A stretch of DNA of 32,000 bases from Pseudoalteromonas translucida KMM 520 (lineage in GTDB: Bacteria > Pseudomonadota > Gammaproteobacteria > Enterobacterales > Alteromonadaceae): the NCBI RefSeq assembly GCF_001465295.1, contig NZ_CP011034.1, positions 2,910,001 to 2,942,000 of the forward strand. The letters run 5' to 3'. The notes beneath the pieces are model-generated. The model saw only the letters and a list, made by a program, of their open reading frames with translations. It ran no database searches and was not told the DNA's origin. How positions within the stretch are numbered: the stretch's first letter is position 1; each line of letters begins with the position of its first letter. This document shows positions 1-7,046 of this stretch, one piece after another. The translations under genes were made by a program, and so were the position numbers.

Positions 1-49
1 ACCCTAAAGCGTTAAACTGGGCATATATAATTATTGTGAGACTATAACT

Positions 50-619
50 TTGGAATTGTTAGCACTACTTGGCACCCAATATAAACTGGTCGTTACCCTT
101 ATTGCGTTATTACTTTTTCCGATACTGTTAAAAGGCACTAAAAAGCTTCTCGAAAAAGCCATTAAAGGAAAAATAGACCTACACCGTAAATATCGTGCTG
201 AGCTATTACTTAAAATTATCCTCGCATTTGTGATGTTATGTTTAGTGCTGGTATTTTGGGGTATTGAGCTACGCGGACTCCTAGTACTAGGTTCGTCGCT
301 ATTTGCTATGTTAGGTGTTGCACTGTTTGCCGCTTGGTCATTACTTAGTAATCTTACCGCTTTTTTACTGATGTTTATTCAAAATGACTGCCGCGTTGGC
401 TATTGGGTACGTATTGTTGATGGCGCAAATAGTATTGAAGGGCGCATTATAGAAATGGGCTTAATGAATGTAGTGCTTGAGCATATTGACGGGCATAGAG
501 TTATTTATCCCAATAACTTATTTGTAACTCGTCCGGTGCTGGTTTTAAACAAAGAGCCTAAGCCAACAAAAGCCCCGGTAATTAGGCGTATTATTGGCCC
601 AAAAAAGCCAAATAAATAG
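50..619 (+). CDS. Short MscS-family mechanosensitive-channel-like membrane protein (189 aa)
   Basis: ORF with TTG start. It has three hydrophobic helices, the third Gly/Ala-rich (GSSLFAMLGVALFAAWSLLSNL). This is followed by VGYWVRIVDG..IEGRIIEMGLMNVVLEHIDGHRVIYPNN, which matches the MscS pore-helix plus beta-domain pattern. The protein ends about 100 aa earlier than E. coli MscS, in a Lys/Pro-rich tail. Confidence 0.6.
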   Translation: MELLALLGTQYKLVVTLIALLLFPILLKGTKKLLEKAIKGKIDLHRKYRAELLLKIILAFVMLCLVLVFWGIELRGLLVLGSSLFAMLGVALFAAWSLLSNLTAFLLMFIQNDCRVGYWVRIVDGANSIEGRIIEMGLMNVVLEHIDGHRVIYPNNLFVTRPVLVLNKEPKPTKAPVIRRIIGPKKPNK

Positions 620-626
620 CAATAAA

Positions 627-669
627 AAAGCCGTTTTGTTATCCCAACTGGGTTAACTAAAACGGCTTT
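627..669. terminator. Hairpin between convergent genes (candidate bidirectional intrinsic terminator)
   Basis: aaagccgtttt (627-637) is the exact reverse complement of aaaacggcttt (659-669). An A-run lies 5' of the stem and a T-run ends the distal arm, so it reads as stem plus U-tract on either strand. It sits between the stop at 619 (+) and the stop at 710 (-). Confidence 0.55.
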
Positions 670-709
670 ACAATTTATTCTACCAACATTTAGTAGCTTA
701 CTATTACAA

Positions 710-1768
710 CTAGTTATTTAACTCAGCTGTTTTAAGCTCATCATCTAAATCATTTATTTCATCAATAAAAGTGCCTAGCTGTTGTTCAACCAAGCTATTT
801 GCATGAGCAAAATAAGCAATATGGAACACTGCATCACCCTCATTTACTAATGGCATAGTTTGCTGGCCAATAATAATTCCACTGCGTGGTGCTGGTAACT
901 CAAGTTCAGAGTCGCCAAGTGGGCTGCTAATATAAGCAAGCACTTGTCCCTTAGTAACACGCTCTCCAAGCGATACCTGCGCACGCACAATGCCATCTAC
1001 ATTAGCACGCACCCAACTTGTAGAGCTGGCTATAATAGGCTCAGGAAGCTTTCTAGGACGCTTACCACGGATCATTTTTAAATGGCGCATAACATAGTCA
1101 ACGCCTTGTACACCTGCAGCAATCGCAAATGGGTCAAAACGCAGTGCTTCACCGGCTTCATAAGTAATAACCGGGATCCCTAAGTTAGCGGCTTCGCTGC
1201 GCAGTGAGCCATTACGTAACGAGGCATCTATCACTGCGGGTGTACCAAATGCTTTAGCCATTTGTGCGGTGGCTTCATCGGCTAAATTAGCGCGTATTTG
1301 CGGTAAGTTAGTGCGGTGAATAGCTCCCGTATGTAAATCAATAATATGGGTACAATGTACTGCCACTTGATTAAAAAACATATATGCCATACGACCAGCC
1401 AGCGAGCCACGCTCTGAACCCGGAAAACTGCGGTTCATATCACGTCTATCGGGTAAGTAGCGCGACTTATGTATAAAGCCAAACACATTTACAATCGGCA
1501 CCGCAATCAGCGTGCCACGCAACTGGTTAGGATCTATTTTAGCAAGTAATTGACGCACCACTTCTACGCCATTAAGTTCATCGCCATGAATAGCCGCACA
1601 CACCATAAGTACCGGCCCTTCCATAACACCATTAACCACTTCAATTGGAATGTTAAGTGGAGAGTGGGTATAAAGTTTTGCCGCTTCTAAGGCCAGCGTT
1701 TTACGCTCGCCTACGCCAACACTTTCACCTAATAAGGTAAAAGAACGGTTAATTTTAACCTTTGCCAC
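710..1768 (-). CDS. Succinylglutamate desuccinylase/aspartoacylase-family (M14-like zinc) deacylase
   Basis: Zinc-ligand motif [10 protein letters not shown] is present (His codon 1588-1586, Glu codon 1579-1577). The overall pattern resembles AstE/AspA-type predicted deacylases. The C-terminal ~80 aa resemble a hybrid-barrel motif ([21 protein letters not shown]). The ORF track starts at TTG 1813, giving a 59-nt overlap with rimK. I prefer GTG 1768 ([14 protein letters not shown]). It places the start ~9 aa before the conserved F.L.G, as in homologues I recall, and overlaps rimK by only 14 nt. Confidence 0.8.
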   Translation of the reverse strand: MAKVKINRSFTLLGESVGVGERKTLALEAAKLYTHSPLNIPIEVVNGVMEGPVLMVCAAIHGDELNGVEVVRQLLAKIDPNQLRGTLIAVPIVNVFGFIHKSRYLPDRRDMNRSFPGSERGSLAGRMAYMFFNQVAVHCTHIIDLHTGAIHRTNLPQIRANLADEATAQMAKAFGTPAVIDASLRNGSLRSEAANLGIPVITYEAGEALRFDPFAIAAGVQGVDYVMRHLKMIRGKRPRKLPEPIIASSTSWVRANVDGIVRAQVSLGERVTKGQVLAYISSPLGDSELELPAPRSGIIIGQQTMPLVNEGDAVFHIAYFAHANSLVEQQLGTFIDEINDLDDELKTAELNN

Positions 1769-2660
1769 GAGTTGCGGTTCCTTTACTTGACGCAGTTTTT
1801 TCAATGAAATCAATCACCATACCTGCAATATCTTTACCGGTTGCTATTTCAATGCCCTCAAGGCCTGGTGATGAGTTAACTTCCATCACTAAAGGACCAC
1901 GTGACGAGCGAAGTAAATCAACACCGGCTACATTTAAGCCCATCGCTTTAGCAGCTGCAACGGCTGTTTTACGTTCTTCTGGCGTAATGCGCACTAATGT
2001 AGCGCTACCACCACGGTGAAGGTTTGAGCGGAACTCACCTTCTTGCGCTTGGCGTTTCATTGCTGCAATCACTTTGTCACCTAAAACAAAACAACGAATG
2101 TCAGCACCACCGGCTTCTTTAATGTACTCTTGCACCATAATGTTAGCTTTTAAGCCCATAAATGCTTCAATAACACTCTCAGCCGCTTTACGCGTTTCAG
2201 CCAATACCACACCAATACCTTGCGTGCCTTCGAGTAGTTTAATTACTACCGGCGCACCACCTACCATTTCGAGCAAGTCTTTTACATCATCTGGTTTGCT
2301 AGCAAAACCAGTCACTGGCATACCTACACCTTTACGAGATAAAAGCTGTAATGAGCGCAACTTATCGCGAGAGCGAGAAATAGCAACCGACTCGTTTACT
2401 GGATACACGCCCATCATTTCAAATTGACGCAGCACCGAACAGCCGTAAAACGTAACTGATGCACCAATACGCGGAATAACTGCATCAAAGTCTTTTAAAT
2501 TTTCACCACGATAGTGAATTTCTGGTAACTCAGAGTTTATATTCATATAACAACGCAGTGCATCTACTACTTTAACTTCGTGACCACGTGCTTCAGCCGC
2601 CTCAATTAAGCGGCGAGTTGAATACAATTTTTTGTTGCGAGATAAAATACCAATTTTCAT
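1755..2660 (-). CDS. rimK: Ribosomal protein S6 L-glutamate ligase RimK (ATP-grasp)
   Basis: Full-length match to the RimK pattern: MKIGILSRN...YSTRRL.EAA..RGHE, the ATP-grasp core [21 protein letters not shown], and [25 protein letters not shown]...[23 protein letters not shown]. Confidence 0.95.
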   Translation of the reverse strand: MKIGILSRNKKLYSTRRLIEAAEARGHEVKVVDALRCYMNINSELPEIHYRGENLKDFDAVIPRIGASVTFYGCSVLRQFEMMGVYPVNESVAISRSRDKLRSLQLLSRKGVGMPVTGFASKPDDVKDLLEMVGGAPVVIKLLEGTQGIGVVLAETRKAAESVIEAFMGLKANIMVQEYIKEAGGADIRCFVLGDKVIAAMKRQAQEGEFRSNLHRGGSATLVRITPEERKTAVAAAKAMGLNVAGVDLLRSSRGPLVMEVNSSPGLEGIEIATGKDIAGMVIDFIEKTASSKGTATRGKG

Positions 2661-2725
2661 AATTTAAACCTTAATAAGTACGTATTATTTTAGAAGCTTA
2701 GTCCCCTCTAAAAGTTAATACATCC

Positions 2726-3148
2726 TTATAATAAATGAGATAAAGCCGGGTCAACGACTATACGATTTTCCATGGCTGTACGCCCGAGTAACATTCTAAA
2801 CTTCATTGTTGCACGGCTAGTTAAAGTAATTTCTATAGGCCAGCTATGTGCGCCTATATGCAATGCTGTTTCTACAAAGTAACGTAACTCTTTTTGCCCG
2901 CCAGAGCTGGTTACGTGCTTCTTCTTTTTAACTTTTGCATTGCAAACAACTTGTGTTTCTTCATCTTCTTGCAATGGCTGGGTAATAAATTTAACCCACT
3001 TTTCGCCATCAACTTCATACTCTTCTATATTAAGTGCATGAATACATGAGGTGCGGGCACCGGTATCAATTTTTGCTTTTACTTTCTCGATGCCTAGCTC
3101 TGGTAAACTCAACCACTCACGCCAACCAACGGTAATCTTTGCTGTCAT
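2726..3148 (-). CDS. DUF785 / putative ATP-dependent zinc protease family protein, retropepsin-like (RimB-type RimK partner)
   Basis: 140-aa ORF 65 nt upstream of rimK on the same strand. It carries the aspartic-protease signature KIDTGARTS (Asp-Thr-Gly encoded at 3067-3059). Its size and N-terminus (GWREWLSLPELG) are typical of the DUF785 proteins found beside rimK. Confidence 0.8.
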   Translation of the reverse strand: MTAKITVGWREWLSLPELGIEKVKAKIDTGARTSCIHALNIEEYEVDGEKWVKFITQPLQEDEETQVVCNAKVKKKKHVTSSGGQKELRYFVETALHIGAHSWPIEITLTSRATMKFRMLLGRTAMENRIVVDPALSHLL

Positions 3149-3252
3149 AAATGTGCCCTTAATAAAAAAGTGTCTTATACGCTACAGGAAAAAAAACACC
3201 AACAAAATAAATTTATCAAGTCGACAAATTGATTTGATTGATCTTTATAGCC

Positions 3253-3287
3253 GACTAGTTTAACAATATAAGCGTAACAAACTAGTC
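3253..3287. promoter_or_regulatory. 9-bp perfect inverted repeat in the divergent DUF785/zntB promoter region (possible operator)
   Basis: gactagttt (3253-3261) and aaactagtc (3279-3287) are exact reverse complements, separated by 17 nt. The repeat lies in the 277-bp AT-rich intergenic region between divergent genes. No binding protein can be assigned from sequence. Confidence 0.25.
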
Positions 3288-3425
3288 AACTTTAAGGGCT
3301 ACCCCCTCTTTTTTTCAAGCGCTAAATAAATTTAACTTCTTAAAAAAGAAAGATTAGTTTAATTTACTAAAGTAAATACACTATAGTAAACGGTATTAAA
3401 AACACACCATTTATGAGAAATTATT

Positions 3426-4397
3426 ATGATTAATGGCTTACTTCATGCCCTGGTACTTGATGAGCAAGGCGGTGCGCGCACTATAGAAAACAGCGCCGAA
3501 CTACATAATTGGCAACCTGAACAAGGTAAGCTTTGGGTGCATATGGATTATAGCCAAGCTGAAGTTGTCACTTGGCTAAAAGGCTGTGAATTTTTAACTG
3601 ACTACGAATTAGAGTCGCTAACTGCAGATGAAACTCGTCCACGCATTACCCCTGCTACAAACGGCCATATGTTATTTTTACGCGGTATTAATTTAAACCC
3701 GGCACAAAGCCCTGAAGACATGGTCTCCATCCGCCTTTTTATCAACGATGAAATTGTTATTACCACCCGAAAGCGTCGCTTACTGTCTATTCAAGATATT
3801 TTAGCCTCATTTAGTAACAATACCGGTCCGCGCAGTATTTCTGAACTCGTCTGCACTATTACCCAAAAACTCACTTCCCGTATGGAAAGTGTTATTGATG
3901 CCTTAGATGAAACTCTAGATGAATTTGAAGAAGAAATAGATGAGCCAAGCAAAAAGTTTGATAATCAAGGTTTGTCGCAATTACGTCGGCAAACTATTGC
4001 TTTAAAACGCTATTTAAAGCCACAAAAAGAAGCGCTTATTAGCATGGTTAATCATCACTATTCATGGCTATTCGATGAGGATAAAGCCAAGCTTAATGAA
4101 ACCACTAATTTACTAACTCGTTACCTTGAAGAATTAGACAGCTCAATAGATCGGGCGCAAATTATTCAACAAACAGTCACTAACCAAGTATCTGAGCAGC
4201 TAAACCAGCGAATGTATGTTATGTCGGTGGTGGCTGCATTATTTTTACCACTGGGCTTTTTAACTGGTTTATTAGGCGTAAACGTAGGCGGCATACCTGG
4301 CACAGAAAGCCCTTATGCGTTTACCTTATTCGTCGTGTTTTTAGTTGTGCTTACCGGCAGTATTGGCGTGTACTTTAAAAATAAAAAATGGTTGTAA
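3426..4397 (+). CDS. zntB: CorA-superfamily zinc transporter ZntB
   Basis: 323 aa with a long soluble N-terminal domain and two C-terminal TM helices. The helices carry the signature LPLGFLTGLLGVNVGGIPG (ZntB-type GVN in place of the CorA GMN). The N-terminus MINGLLHALVLDEQGG resembles ZntB. Confidence 0.85.
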   Translation: MINGLLHALVLDEQGGARTIENSAELHNWQPEQGKLWVHMDYSQAEVVTWLKGCEFLTDYELESLTADETRPRITPATNGHMLFLRGINLNPAQSPEDMVSIRLFINDEIVITTRKRRLLSIQDILASFSNNTGPRSISELVCTITQKLTSRMESVIDALDETLDEFEEEIDEPSKKFDNQGLSQLRRQTIALKRYLKPQKEALISMVNHHYSWLFDEDKAKLNETTNLLTRYLEELDSSIDRAQIIQQTVTNQVSEQLNQRMYVMSVVAALFLPLGFLTGLLGVNVGGIPGTESPYAFTLFVVFLVVLTGSIGVYFKNKKWL

Positions 4398-4453
4398 CAG
4401 TATAAATTAATTATTCAGTGAAAGTAACGCGCTGCGGGTAAAGCAACAAGCAG

Positions 4454-4496
4454 AGCTATCTTTACTTTTAACCTGTATATAAAAGTAAAGATAGCT
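4454..4496. repeat. Perfect 16-bp inverted repeat (hairpin), possible zntB terminator
   Basis: agctatctttactttt (4454-4469) is the exact reverse complement of aaaagtaaagatagct (4481-4496), with an 11-nt loop. It lies 57 nt after the zntB stop. There is no clean U-tract after the stem, so the terminator function is uncertain. Confidence 0.45.
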
Positions 4497-4524
4497 TATA
4501 AATACGCTAGGTAATTTAAGGTGC

Positions 4525-4563
4525 GTAGCATCAGGTTTTTATGCAATAAAAATCTGATGCTAC
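4525..4563. repeat. Second long inverted repeat (16-bp stem with one G-U position)
   Basis: gtagcatcaggttttt (4525-4540) pairs with aaaaatctgatgctac (4548-4563). The only non-Watson-Crick position is g4535/t4553. The loop is 7 nt (atgcaat). It lies in a region lacking any ORF of 60 aa or more. Confidence 0.35.
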
Positions 4564-4881
4564 TCTAAACTCTAAATACGCAAAAAAATTCAAATATAAC
4601 CCCCTCTATACTCTCCAAAAAACAAACTTAACCAAGATGAAAATAACAATTTGTTTACAACAAACTAGCAAAACACTTAACTATTTGTTACTAATATAAG
4701 AAATGATAATTAGGAAGCTCTGATAGTATCGCCTCCTAGTCTTTCTCTATTATGCCTTTAAGCAAGTGACCGCTTTAAGAGTTATTGTGTGACCAAATTA
4801 GTACTGTGGTTTATTTTTGCGTCTTAGACCTTATTAGGTTGTAGCTCGGTTAAAAAGCCAACCTTTAATAACGATATTGTA

Positions 4882-5187
4882 GTGATTGATGTAGCTGATT
4901 TGAACCAATACTGGGTTGCTAAAACATCTAAGGTAGTTTTCTTACCTGGGCGTCCAAAGTGGATACCTAAAGGAATGGATAAAGCATCTTTTTTTATTAC
5001 TATTGATGCTAACGGAACCTTGGTTAGTAGAGAGTTAATTGATTCCATACCTAATGATTGGATGACACAAAAAATATTAGATAAAATGCCAATACAACAA
5101 TATAAACCTTCCATAACTAACCCGACTAACATTCCGGTTAAGGTTAAAATAAACTCAGAATTAAAGGCACTTGTTGATATAACGTAA
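4882..5187 (+). CDS. Hypothetical 101-aa protein; weak resemblance to a TonB C-terminal domain; possibly a gene remnant
   Basis: The amino-acid composition looks protein-like. PKWIPKG..ASFFITIDANGTLVSRELIDSIP....KILDKMPIQQYKP......IPVKVKI loosely follows the TonB-C pattern (P.YP...G.V.V.F.ID..G.V....V..S.P). However, the only possible start is GTG 4882, with no SD. An in-frame TAG lies at 4825-4827. There is no signal peptide or TM segment. Confidence 0.35.
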   Translation: MIDVADLNQYWVAKTSKVVFLPGRPKWIPKGMDKASFFITIDANGTLVSRELIDSIPNDWMTQKILDKMPIQQYKPSITNPTNIPVKVKINSELKALVDIT

Positions 5188-5258
5188 TACTAAATTAAAC
5201 GTGAATATTTAAAACACCAAACTGCAACATCTGGTTGCTTTATATTTTAAGGAAAATA

Positions 5259-5729
5259 ATGAAAAAACTCGGAATTTCAATTGCTTTATTAGCTTTAGCA
5301 GGCTGTGCATCAACAAATTATTCAGACTTTGACGTTAGTGAAGCTGTAATATCAAAGCTTAAAATTAACGAAACTCATAATTTAAATGAAAGGCAGCATA
5401 AGCTCGAAATATCTTTTGATTATGAAATATCTGAATACGTAGATACGAACAATTTATATAATTGTTCTGTACAGTTTTTAGCTTTAGATGGCACAACAAT
5501 CTCAATGTCGAATGGTAAAAAATCACCTTGTGAGTTGAATAAAGCCAAAGGCAAAAAGTCTATAGTATGGCCAACCATATTAGATAAGGCGCACTCTCCT
5601 TCTGAAGAGCAGCTTTCTAAAATAAAGTACCCTATAGAATACTTTGTAGCTATTCATCAACGAACAGGTAAAAACACGAATAGAATAATCGGAAAGTCCA
5701 CCATCCAAGTTAGCACGGTAAAAATATAG
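5259..5729 (+). CDS. Orphan lipoprotein (156 aa)
   Basis: ATG 5259 is preceded by the SD aagga (5249-5253). The signal peptide MKKLGISIALLALAGC has the lipobox LAG-C (Cys16). I recognise no family. The ORF-track TTG 5235 start is less likely. Confidence 0.65.
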   Translation: MKKLGISIALLALAGCASTNYSDFDVSEAVISKLKINETHNLNERQHKLEISFDYEISEYVDTNNLYNCSVQFLALDGTTISMSNGKKSPCELNKAKGKKSIVWPTILDKAHSPSEEQLSKIKYPIEYFVAIHQRTGKNTNRIIGKSTIQVSTVKI

Positions 5730-5772
5730 CTCACTAATTACCTAATACAGTTTGTAGAGATTATACCAATAC

Positions 5773-5809
5773 AAAAAAAGGCGAACATTTTACAATGTTC
5801 GCCTTTTTT
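5773..5809. terminator. Bidirectional rho-independent terminator
   Basis: The A7 run (5773-5779) overlaps by one base the stem aggcgaacatt (5779-5789). The loop ttac follows, then aatgttcgcct (5794-5804) and T5 (5805-5809). It lies between the convergent lipoprotein gene (+) and rraB (-). Confidence 0.8.
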
Positions 5810-5822
5810 ATAGCTGCTACGC

Positions 5823-6158
5823 TTACTCTTGAAAGTAAGTGCCCCAACCGTCGTACTCAACTTCGCATTCAACAGCAAGTGCTGCTAGCTTATCAACGTC
5901 TTCCATTATTACGTCAACATCAAGCTCTGACTCAACAACTATGTCAAAACTCCAAATTTTTGCACCGTCTTCAAGCTCAAGCTCTGCTGGCTCTTCCACA
6001 TCGTAGCCTAATTTAAAAGCGGCTAATGCGGCTTGCTCTAACTTAGGGAAGTCTTCACATACAAAGTGATGTTCTACTTCGTAAAGTATCTCAGGGTCTG
6101 AACCATCTTCGAGTAATGAAGATACGATGTCTTCACTTATTTCACGCCAGTTTTCCAT
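5823..6158 (-). CDS. rraB: Regulator of ribonuclease (RNase E) activity B
   Basis: 111-aa very acidic protein. MENWREISEDIVSSLLEDGSDPE..YEVEHHF....F..LE.AA..AFKLGY.V...EELE.EDG....SFD matches the RraB family. Confidence 0.88.
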   Translation of the reverse strand: MENWREISEDIVSSLLEDGSDPEILYEVEHHFVCEDFPKLEQAALAAFKLGYDVEEPAELELEDGAKIWSFDIVVESELDVDVIMEDVDKLAALAVECEVEYDGWGTYFQE

Positions 6159-6871
6159 TAATTTTCTCTCACTTGAGCATCTAATTCAGTTATTTTAGCA
6201 GCCATAATACTGTGCACACTTTTAGCGTGCTCACGCGCGCTGATGTTTTTATCAAGCGATATGGGGGCTAACATTTCAATATAAATTGTACCATTATCCC
6301 AACGATTTAGTTTAATGGTTTTATGCGTTGTGCTCATACATACGGGCACTATGGGTACTTGCGCACTTAAAGCGGTATGAAATGCACCTGTTTTTAAAGG
6401 TAATAAACCGCGCCCGTAACTGCGTGTACCTTCTGCAAACATCCATACTGATAAGCCATTTTTCTTTATTTTTTCAGCGGCTTTAGAAATAGTTCCCGCA
6501 GCTTTTGAGCGGTTTGCGCGATCAATTAAAATATTACCCGAAAGCCAATATAGCTGACCAAAAAATGGGATCCATTTTAAGCTTTTTTTACCTACGCTCA
6601 CGCAGTTTTTGGGCACCATTGCAGGAATAGTAAATAAATCATAACTATTTTGATGATTTGCCACATAAACCGCAGGGCCAAGATTTATAGTATCTGGATG
6701 ATGTTTTAGTACAACTTTAACGCCCAGCATTTTTGCTACTGAGCCAAACCAGCTTGCTATAATATGCACATTATTAGGATGAAATGGCCTCACTATTGAT
6801 AACAGTAACCCAAAAATACAACTTAATAATATAAACAACAGCATAATAAAAATACGTATAACAGCTAGCAA
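6158..6871 (-). CDS. plsC: 1-acyl-sn-glycerol-3-phosphate acyltransferase
   Basis: Collinear with E. coli PlsC from the first residue. The TTG start gives MLAVIRIFI..., versus MLYIFRLII in E. coli. The H(X)4D motif VANHQNSYD and the motifs VGKKSLKWIPFFGQLYWLSGNILIDR and FAEGTRS are present. Confidence 0.92.
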   Translation of the reverse strand: MLAVIRIFIMLLFILLSCIFGLLLSIVRPFHPNNVHIIASWFGSVAKMLGVKVVLKHHPDTINLGPAVYVANHQNSYDLFTIPAMVPKNCVSVGKKSLKWIPFFGQLYWLSGNILIDRANRSKAAGTISKAAEKIKKNGLSVWMFAEGTRSYGRGLLPLKTGAFHTALSAQVPIVPVCMSTTHKTIKLNRWDNGTIYIEMLAPISLDKNISAREHAKSVHSIMAAKITELDAQVREN

Positions 6872-6991
6872 CAGAGCGTCTCCAAATATAATCGCGTTAA
6901 GCCAGCGGCTATTATAACGTTATTTTATGATCTACACGAGAAAATAGCGCACAAGTGTACGCTCAATTTTATAACAAACTAAATTTATAGC

Positions 6992-7018
6992 AAAAAAATG
7001 GCCTGCATAAGCAAGCCG
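6992..7018 (-). terminator. Rho-independent terminator after parC
   Basis: On the minus strand the stem is ggcttgc/gcaggcc (7017-7011 paired with 7006-7000, one mismatch), with a 4-nt loop and a U7 run (plus-strand A-run 6992-6998). It lies 29 nt after the parC stop. Confidence 0.55.
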
Positions 7019-7046
7019 TTTAATATGAGCGAATATGAATTAATCG

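Noticed and set aside
1769-1813. TTG 1813 start of the deacylase (59-nt overlap with rimK).
   Set aside because: GTG 1768 gives an N-terminus of homologue-like length and only a 14-nt overlap. The extra 15 aa have no support. This is not fully excluded.
1762-2427. Plus-strand ORFs 1762-2019 and 2074-2427, antisense to rimK.
   Set aside because: They lie entirely inside the strongly supported rimK CDS. Their Ser/Pro/Thr/Ala-rich low-complexity translations are typical of shadow frames. The same reasoning applies to the other antisense or alternate-frame ORFs inside parC, parE, cpdA, glnE, gshB, pilU, proC, hemW and others.
4637-4699. 20-codon ORF (MKITICLQQTSKTLNYLLLI) in the ORF-poor spacer.
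   Set aside because: It has no SD and no recognisable peptide family. Such an ORF is expected by chance in AT-rich DNA.
4824-5132. Minus-strand 102-aa ORF overlapping the 4882-5187 ORF.
   Set aside because: Its Cys/Ile/Leu-rich translation is irregular and lacks domain-like features. It is probably the mirror frame of the plus-strand ORF, which has the more protein-like sequence.
5795-6016. Plus-strand ORF antisense to rraB.
   Set aside because: It starts inside the bidirectional terminator stem and lies within the well-supported rraB CDS. Its Gln/Leu-rich translation is a shadow of the acidic rraB frame.
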